A stretch of DNA of 64,000 nt from Rhynchobatus australiae. Taxonomy: Eukaryota. Below, in pieces: positions 55,477 to 64,000 of the stretch. The translations under genes and the position numbers were made by a program. Every line of letters starts with the position of its first letter. Position 1 is the first letter of the stretch. The stretch lies in contig JAUZTB010000002.1 of assembly GCA_034780895.1 (NCBI GenBank), positions 58,769,072-58,833,071 of the forward strand, in the 5' to 3' direction. Below the pieces are notes generated by a model that saw only the letters and a list, made by a program, of their open reading frames with translations, was not told the origin of the DNA and made no database searches.

Positions 55477-56690
55477 CTCGGAAGAAGGAGAGAGATTAAA
55501 CTTCTTTGCTCCAGATGATTATAAGCGAAACATTAGAACCACAGCTGTTAATGTGGACAACCATTCACAACTTAATCGCTTATATAAATTGTATTGCCAC
55601 ACTTCAATGTGAGATCTTCTTCCATGGATTCCATAAAGTCATAGAATTATACAGCACAGAAACAGGTCCTCTGAATTTAATTCACAAAATATATATCTTT
55701 AGTGGAAAAAACAAAGGGTGATTATCTTCTTATTATTGATCTGAACTTATGTTTCACTTTGTTTGGACATTAATGCAGCACTACCTCAATAATGGTATGG
55801 ATTAAGCCCTCCTATGAAATCATTTGGATTTAGTGCAGGAGATATTAATTTGTCAAATTTTAGAGAAAAGTCCTGAACACAAAATTAATGGCACTTAAAG
55901 GTTGGTGCGGGGAGATTACTGTGTTGGAAGATTCCTCTGACAGTGCAAGACAATCTACCCAACCAACTCCAGTCGAAACAACACAGATCCATTGATTATC
56001 AGACTGACTCTCACAAGAGTTTGACAAACATCTTATTGTTTGCTGGAATTAATGAAGTGCATAATTGGCCTCATTAGAATTTAAAAAAACTGCAAAGTTA
56101 ATTCATTGCATATCCACAAGACATATTAAAATACTATTTAATTATATTTTGGAATATTGCATTCTTTTGCAATTATTAGAAAGGCCTCAGATTCCAAAGA
56201 TAAAGGCATTTAAAAAGATTGTTTTATTTCAGGAGATGTTGTTAGATTACTGTCTAATTGGTTGTTCCTTTCTTTTTCAAAACACGAAATGCAGTGATCG
56301 AATTGTGAATTTTATGACAATTGGACAAATTGAGATTATTATGTCTTTATCATGGTGATGTATAATATAACATATCAGCATTGTGAATCATGTTTATTAT
56401 ATTGGCAGAGTGAAATTTTGAGTTCTTGTTCACTCACAGCATTAGTTGCACCTGATATTACTTATCCTCTACAAAATAGTGGGGTTAATATTCATTCACT
56501 ACGATCAATGCGAGTGCCATGGTGGGAAACTGAGAAGATGCCCTCCCTTTGCCTACCTGACAACACACTATGAAATGCCACAATATTTTATCTACTCATT
56601 TTAATAATGGGTTGGACATGAACAATTTCACAATGTTTGCTCTCCAAGGAGCACCAGAACAGTAAATTAACCTTGTTATTAACTCNNNNT

Positions 56691-56822
<132 letters not shown>

Positions 56823-57229
56823 CTACAATTAAAAATTAAAATATATTAATACAGCATTGTTCTCACTTCAGAAAGTAATCCTTTAATATTATTTGTTTAT
56901 TTTATAAAGAATCTATGGTAGCTTAATTCCTAAACTGTACAATACTGAGAAGCAAATATCTGTACATGAAATATTCTCAGAGTTCCTGAACCCCAGAGGA
57001 ACTACATCTACCCCTGGGGGGCTGGGGCAGTTGTTTGGGGTGGGGATGGGAGGGAGGGGTGGTTGGTTAAGTGCATGAAATTAACAGCTGCTTTGCTGTA
57101 GCACAGGTTCACATTTACACCGTATTTAGTAACTTAGTGGCCTATCATTTCATAAAATGCTTTTAGCAATATAAGAAAGGTTTTATCTAAGGCCATTTTA
57201 ACTCCCGTTTTATTTATTTATTAATGATC

Positions 57230-57905
57230 TGAGCATCACTGGCAAGGCCAGAATTTATTGCCCATTCCAACTACTCTTGGGAAGTTGGTGGTGAGCTGAC
57301 TTCTTGAACTGCTATCGTCCTTCAGATGACGGTACTTGCACAGCATGGTTGGAGAGGGAATCCCAGGAATTAGGCCCAGTGAAAATGAAGAATGGTGACA
57401 TAGTTCCAAGTCTGGATGGTGTATGACTTGGTGGGACTCTGCAGATGGTGATGTTCCTGATGCACTTGGCCTTCTTGATGCTGTTTGGAGTAACCTATGG
57501 GAGAACTGCAGTACGTTTGGTAAATGGTACACACTTCAACCACTGTGCACCAGTGGTGGAAGGAATTAATGTTTAGGGAAAGGGGACCAGTTAAGTTTCT
57601 TGAGAACTGCAGTCATCCAGGCAAGTGGAGAGTATTTGGTCACAGTCTTGATATGCCTTGCAGATGATGGAAAGGCTTTGGGATGTCAGGAGGTGAGTCA
57701 CTCTCTACAGGATACCCATCCTCTGACTTGCTCTTTTTGCCATAGTCTTTATGTGGCTGGTCCAGTTGTGTTTTTGGTCAATAGTGGCCCCAGATTGTTG
57801 AAATTGGGGTTATGGCAATGGTCACGCCACTGAATGTCAAAGGTAAATGGTTAGATTCACTGTTGTTAGAACTGGTCATTGCCTAGCATTTTTGTTACTT
57901 GGCAC
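57230..57905 (-). mobile_element. Decayed non-LTR retrotransposon 3' fragment
   Basis: Same family as 29550-30420; T-rich run on plus strand at ~57208-57222 fits a minus-strand A-rich tail. Confidence 0.5.
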
Positions 57906-58550
57906 TTTTCGGCTCCTCAGTCCTATTGTATTCTTTGTTTCACTCGGGTTGATTTCCTGCAAGTTCTGCACTGCCCACGGCTGAATCACTGTTTGAAACT
58001 TGATAGTGAGTTAGGGGTTTTGTAGGACCGGCAACATGGGCCCATTATATCAGGTCCAGGTAAGTGCAGGTAGATGGGGACTGCGAAAGGTGATTCTCAG
58101 CAGCAAAGCCGATCCAGCATAATCCAGCCCTTAATAAAAGGGTCCAAATACTAAATAATTTGTACTGACCAATAAGATATAGCCAACAAGATTTTACATG
58201 TAAGGCTGCCTAACTCTAGTCACAGTGGTCCATTATTGAGGAGACGTGGAGGGGATCTGGGCTCTCCATCTCTGAACAATGATAATGAAATACCCTCAGC
58301 GAACCATTGAGGACATCTTTATTGTTGCAATTTATGCTGACAAAAAAATACATCACAACAACCGGTGCTTGTCTCCCAACCTTAACCTGCCTACATATAG
58401 AAGCTGGTTTTGCAAATGGTATTGAATATTGAAGATATTAATCATTTATTTCACGTGGGAAGGTATCTCCACGAATAAGGGAAGACCTTGAATGAAATTA
58501 ATTATTTCTCTTTGTACAATTCCATTGCAGGCAGGATTTTCAATTTTTCA

Positions 58551-58967
<417 letters not shown>

Positions 58968-59029
58968 CTACCTTGAGATATTGTTGTAGACAATGAGGAA
59001 AACTTAATAGAAAATTAGTACTTCCTTAC

Positions 59030-59127
59030 CTTTGTCTCCATCATTTGCAATCTTCCTCAGGTCAACAAAATGGCTCACTATAGCAACCTCATTCACTTTG
59101 TCTGAATCACTAATTTGGATTTTAATT
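59030..59127 (-). CDS. OTOF: Otoferlin exon 14 equivalent (3' part; 5' part in gap)
   Basis: [32 protein letters not shown]; GTAAGG donor; gap from 59128. Confidence 0.9.
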
Positions 59128-60014
59128 NNNNNNNNNNNNNNNNNNNNNNNNNNNNNNNNNNNNNNNNNNNNNNNNNNNNNNNNNNNNNNNNNNNNNNNNN
59201 NNNNNNNNNNNNNNNNNNNNNNNNNNNNNNNNNNNNNNNNNNNNNNNNNNNNNNNNNNNNNNNNNNNNNNNNNNNNNNNNNNNNNNNNNNNNNNNNNNNN
59301 NNNNNNNNNNNNNNNNNNNNNNNNNNNNNNNNNNNNNNNNNNNNNNNNNNNNNNNNNNNNNNNNNNNNNNNNNNNNNNNNNNNNNNNNNNNNNNNNNNNN
59401 NNNNNNNNNNNNNNNNNNNNNNNNNNNNNNNNNNNNNNNNNNNNNNNNNNNNNNNNNNNNNNNNNNNNNNNNNNNNNNNNNNNNNNNNNNNNNNNNNNNN
59501 NNNNNNNNNNNNNNNNNNNNNNNNNNNNNNNNNNNNNNNNNNNNNNNNNNNNNNNNNNNNNNNNNNNNNNNNNNNNNNNNNNNNNNNNNNNNNNNNNNNN
59601 NNNNNNNNNNNNNNNNNNNNNNNNNNNNNNNNNNNNNNNNNNNNNNNNNNNNNNNNNNNNNNNNNNNNNNNNNNNNNNNNNNNNNNNNNNNNNNNNNNNN
59701 NNNNNNNNNNNNNNNNNNNNNNNNNNNNNNNNNNNNNNNNNNNNNNNNNNNNNNNNNNNNNNNNNNNNNNNNNNNNNNNNNNNNNNNNNNNNNNNNNNNN
59801 NNNNNNNNNNNNNNNNNNNNNNNNNNNNNNNNNNNNNNNNNNNNNNNNNNNNNNNNNNNNNNNNNNNNNNNNNNNNNNNNNNNNNNNNNNNNNNNNNNNN
59901 NNNNNNNNNNNNNNNNNNNNNNNNNNNNNNNNNNNNNNNNNNNNNNNNNNNNNNNNNNNNNNNNNNNNNNNNNNNNNNNNNCAGAAGGCAACTAAAGAAA
60001 GATCACAAGCTACA

Positions 60015-60410
60015 AAAGCAAAATACTGTGGATACTGGAAATCTAAAATAAAACAGCAGATGCCAGAAATACTCACTAGGTCAGGCAGCATCTGCGAGGG
60101 GAGAAACTGTTAAGATTTCATGTCAACGGCCTGATGAAAAGTAATTGCTGTGAAATCTAAAACGAAAACAGAAAATGCTAGAAATACTTGGAAGATCACA
60201 TCTGCGGGAAGAGAAACAATATCTTAAACCTGAAATGCTTGCTCTGCTTCTCTTCCCACAAATGAGGCCTGACCTGCTGAGGGCTTCCAGCATTTTCTGG
60301 CTTTGTTTTAGATTTCCAGCATCTGCAGCTTTCTAGACTTTCCATTGCTGTGAAATGTTAACTGTGTTTCTCTCTCCGCACTTTCTGGCTGACCTGCTGA
60401 GTTTTTTCAA
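60015..60410. repeat. Two nested Penelope-derived palindromic elements
   Basis: Inner copy 60157-60343 flanked by the 13-bp direct repeat ATTGCTGTGAAAT. Confidence 0.75.
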
Positions 60411-61709
60411 AGTTTGGATAGTCATAATTTCATTGACAGATTTTGTTTGGCATTTTCCGAACAGTAAGAAATCACATCATTAAATATAACCACTTTCTGC
60501 ATGCATAATATATTAGTTTTTAAATATGCCTATCCTGTGATGCTTCCAGGACTCCAATGAATATGTTGAATACTACATGAAAAGGAATAAAACAGGTGGC
60601 ATCTGGGGAGCGAGAAACAGAGTCAACAGACTAGAAATCCACCTGGGTGTAACTAAGTAAAAGGTGTTGTAAAATTGAACGTTACATTGACACAAGGTGA
60701 ACAAATTTTTCAGATATTTCTGCTGCTTCAGCACAAGCCATTAGCATTGTATGTTCAACTGCCAATGTGTCTGAGATTTTCAAGTTGTTTCTCTTTCATT
60801 AAACTTGCCCTAACAACATCAATAGTAGTATCACACCCAAAATTCATCAGTAGTGAATTTTTCATTGATGTTGCTCTGATAAAGGACAGGTGAAGTTATA
60901 GCCTACACTGAAAGCTGAGAAACAATGTTACTTAAAGGGCCTGTCCTATTAAACCTGCATTCATAGCAACACTGCTGCACATTACTCTGCCCACTCAGAG
61001 CTTACCCTGCACACAGCTCACACAGAAAACTAATCTTTCCTTTCAATTTCAAAAGTACACTGTGGCCAAAACTAACTCTCAATGCTCATTCGATAGATTT
61101 CTGGATATTGAGGGAATCAAGAAATATGGGGACAGTACGGGAAAATGCTTCTGAGGTAGAATATCCGCCATGATCTTGATGAATGGAGGAGGCACAAAGG
61201 ACTGGATGCTCTTCTCCTGCTCCTGATTTTGTGCTCTAATGGTTTTACAAGCTTGTGTTTTCACTTAGTACTCCTCGTCACGGAAATAACATGAGTGAAC
61301 CATGCAGAACTCTCAGGCACCACAGAAACCTTTGGAGAATTGTTGCAAGAGGCAAACGAGGGCTTGGTGTCTTATCCACCCAGGCCTCATAGGGTTCCAT
61401 CCTCTTATTTACGCCGCAGAGGAGCAACATCCACGCAAGTCGAGCTTCCTCGAGGTGGTCCCCACTCACATGTGCCCTTATTAAACCTTACACATGCCTG
61501 CTCTGCTCCCATGGGCAGTCAGATTCACCCTAACTTTCAACATAGTAGCCTAGAACCATACCTGCCCACACCTGTTGATACAGGTCACATATCAGTTTGC
61601 CAGTTACTGCTGGGTAAGAGAGGTCATTGACCAGACTCCATCTACATCACATAAGTCCACACTAATAGGTGGGGCAACCACAGATGTTTTCTGCCATTGA
61701 TGGCACTCA

Positions 61710-61943
61710 CAGAGTTATAGGGAGATACAGCACAGGTCCTTTGGCCCACCATTTCTATGCCAACCATCAACCACCCATTTATACTAACCCTAAACTAATC
61801 ACACTTTTTTATTCTCCCCATTTACTCACCAACTCCCCCTAGAGTCTAGCACGCACCTACACACTAGGGACAATATACAGTTGCCAATTAACCTACCAAC
61901 CTGCACACCTTTGGGATGTGAGAGGAGACCAACGTGTCCAGGG
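61710..61943 (-). mobile_element. V-SINE-like SINE, older copy
   Basis: CCAATTAACCTACCAACCTGCACACCTTTGGGATGTGAGAGGAGACC resembles the copy at 20790-20936. Confidence 0.65.
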
Positions 61944-63093
61944 NNNNNNNNNNNNNNNNNNNNNNNNNNNNNNNNNNNNNNNNNNNNNNNNNNNNNNNNN
62001 NNNNNNNNNNNNNNNNNNNNNNNNNNNNNNNNNNNNNNNNNNNNNNNNNNNNNNNNNNNNNNNNNNNNNNNNNNNNNNNNNNNNNNNNNNNNNNNNNNNN
62101 NNNNNNNNNNNNNNNNNNNNNNNNNNNNNNNNNNNNNNNNNNNNNNNNNNNNNNNNNNNNNNNNNNNNNNNNNNNNNNNNNNNNNNNNNNNNATGAGAAG
62201 TGTTTTTTTAAATAAGGTGTGTACAGAACATTCAAGTTGCAGAAGTTGCTAAACTCTCCTGAAACATTCTCAAACACTTATTTTATTGGAGTGAAGTAGA
62301 CATTAATATACTGTCATATAGTGATCAATTGTTGTAGTAAATTATACATTAGTTGGCATTTAAAAACCATGTTTTACAGAGATCTCTGTAGCACTTTCTG
62401 CCAGCTCTATCTGGACATGGAGGGCTTCTATGGCCTTCCATGAATGATGTGGTCCACTGCATGCTCCCTGCTCTCAGGGATCAGTGGTGAAGCCATTCTC
62501 CATTAGCTGGAAGAGTACTGCTGGTGTTGTGCATTGATACCTATAAGGGCCAACTCATGTCGTAACTCAGTGCCAGCAACTGACAGAAATTCAGTTTAGA
62601 GATTTTTAGTAACACCTGCTGTTTCTGAAACCATGTGGCATTACACATGTAGGTGTGTGATCATTGCTTCTTAAAGAGTTCTGTTGAACTTCTTAAGTGT
62701 GGTCTTTTGAGCTTCTTAAAGTAGCAACAGGGAAATATGGAATGCCAGTTTAACAGCACAAAAATGGTGCAGACAAATTTGTTGGCCAAACTTTTTGGTT
62801 AATGATCGTTATAAGAATTGTTCTGAAGAAAATTCATCAGCCTAAAATAGTAATGCTGTTTCTTTCTTTGCAGATGCTGCTTGACCTGTTAAGTGATTCC
62901 AATATTTTCTGTGTTGGACCAAAACAGTATCTGTAGTAATTTGTCTTTAGATTGTATTCAAAGAATATGTTAGCCAAATGACTTGCTGTAATGGGAAGTA
63001 AATGAGACAAAGAATTAAAAATGTAAATATAATTGTTTCTTTATGTAGACATTTCTGTAAAATAAATGGCTATTAATTGAGTATACTGGTTTA

Positions 63094-63402
<309 letters not shown>

Positions 63403-64000
63403 TTATTTGGGTTATTTCACTTTTAAGTCCATAGTTCTAGCCTGACAAGGCATGATCGCTTTGTCAGAATGTTTCAAACTAACAGTAGATTGTAATTTTT
63501 GAGGACTGTTGAGGGAAATATACTGGCAAAAATAATACTGGGAATGAAGTAAATCACAATCCATTTCATGACATTAAAGTCACTTACAAAAGGCACTACG
63601 AAACACTTCAATGTCATTGACTGTTGTTAAATCATGTGTTTTAAAACAAATTAAAAATGGGTGTATTGGACAATATTTATGAAGATTGTATGATATTAAA
63701 ATTTAGCACTTATCATTCAAAAGAATTTCTGATCACAAAATTAACTTTAACATTTAAAATGACATTAAGAGAGTAACAGAATTATTGTGTATTTTGCTAG
63801 ATAGTCATAGAATATTTTCCCCATAATTATATTCTTAATAATATTATCTCTGCATAAACCTCACACATAGCAATTGGCATGCAAATATTTTTCAAAAATC
63901 AAACCAAAGTAATGTGGTCAGACTAGAATTCCCATTCTTCCTTGATTGGAGTGAATGCTGCAGAGGAAATCATGTGGATTGTGAGCTGTCTGGCCTGCTA

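Noticed and set aside
57011-57066. G-run cluster able to form a G-quadruplex
   Set aside because: Low-complexity intronic tract with no further support for function
59032-60113. Long ORFs in the track (also 14211-14804, 34086-34829, 44760-45632)
   Set aside because: They are runs of N translated as X

Overview
Gapped vertebrate genomic DNA, most likely from a shark or ray judging by its repeats (HE1/V-SINE-like, Deu-domain SINE, CR1-like LINE, Penelope-derived hairpins). The whole window lies inside the otoferlin gene (OTOF) on the minus strand. I traced 28 coding exons matching human exons 13-41 as I recall them, with GT-AG boundaries and mostly identical lengths and phases. Exon 21 is not visible and probably sits in a gap; exons 14 and 35 are cut by gaps. 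The most striking anomaly is an intact terminal exon of a malic enzyme gene (ME1/ME3-like). It lies alone in OTOF intron 35 on the same strand, with its own acceptor, stop codon and candidate poly(A) signals, and in a phase that would allow an in-frame OTOF-ME fusion. Other points: the 60-nt alternative acceptor of exon 30 is present but lacks the human RXR arginines; part of exon 32 is duplicated; exon 17 has a GAG acceptor; there is a probable solo LTR with 43-bp repeats; and Penelope-type elements carry hammerhead ribozyme relics, one nested in another. Comparisons to human proteins and repeat families are from memory, not from a search.
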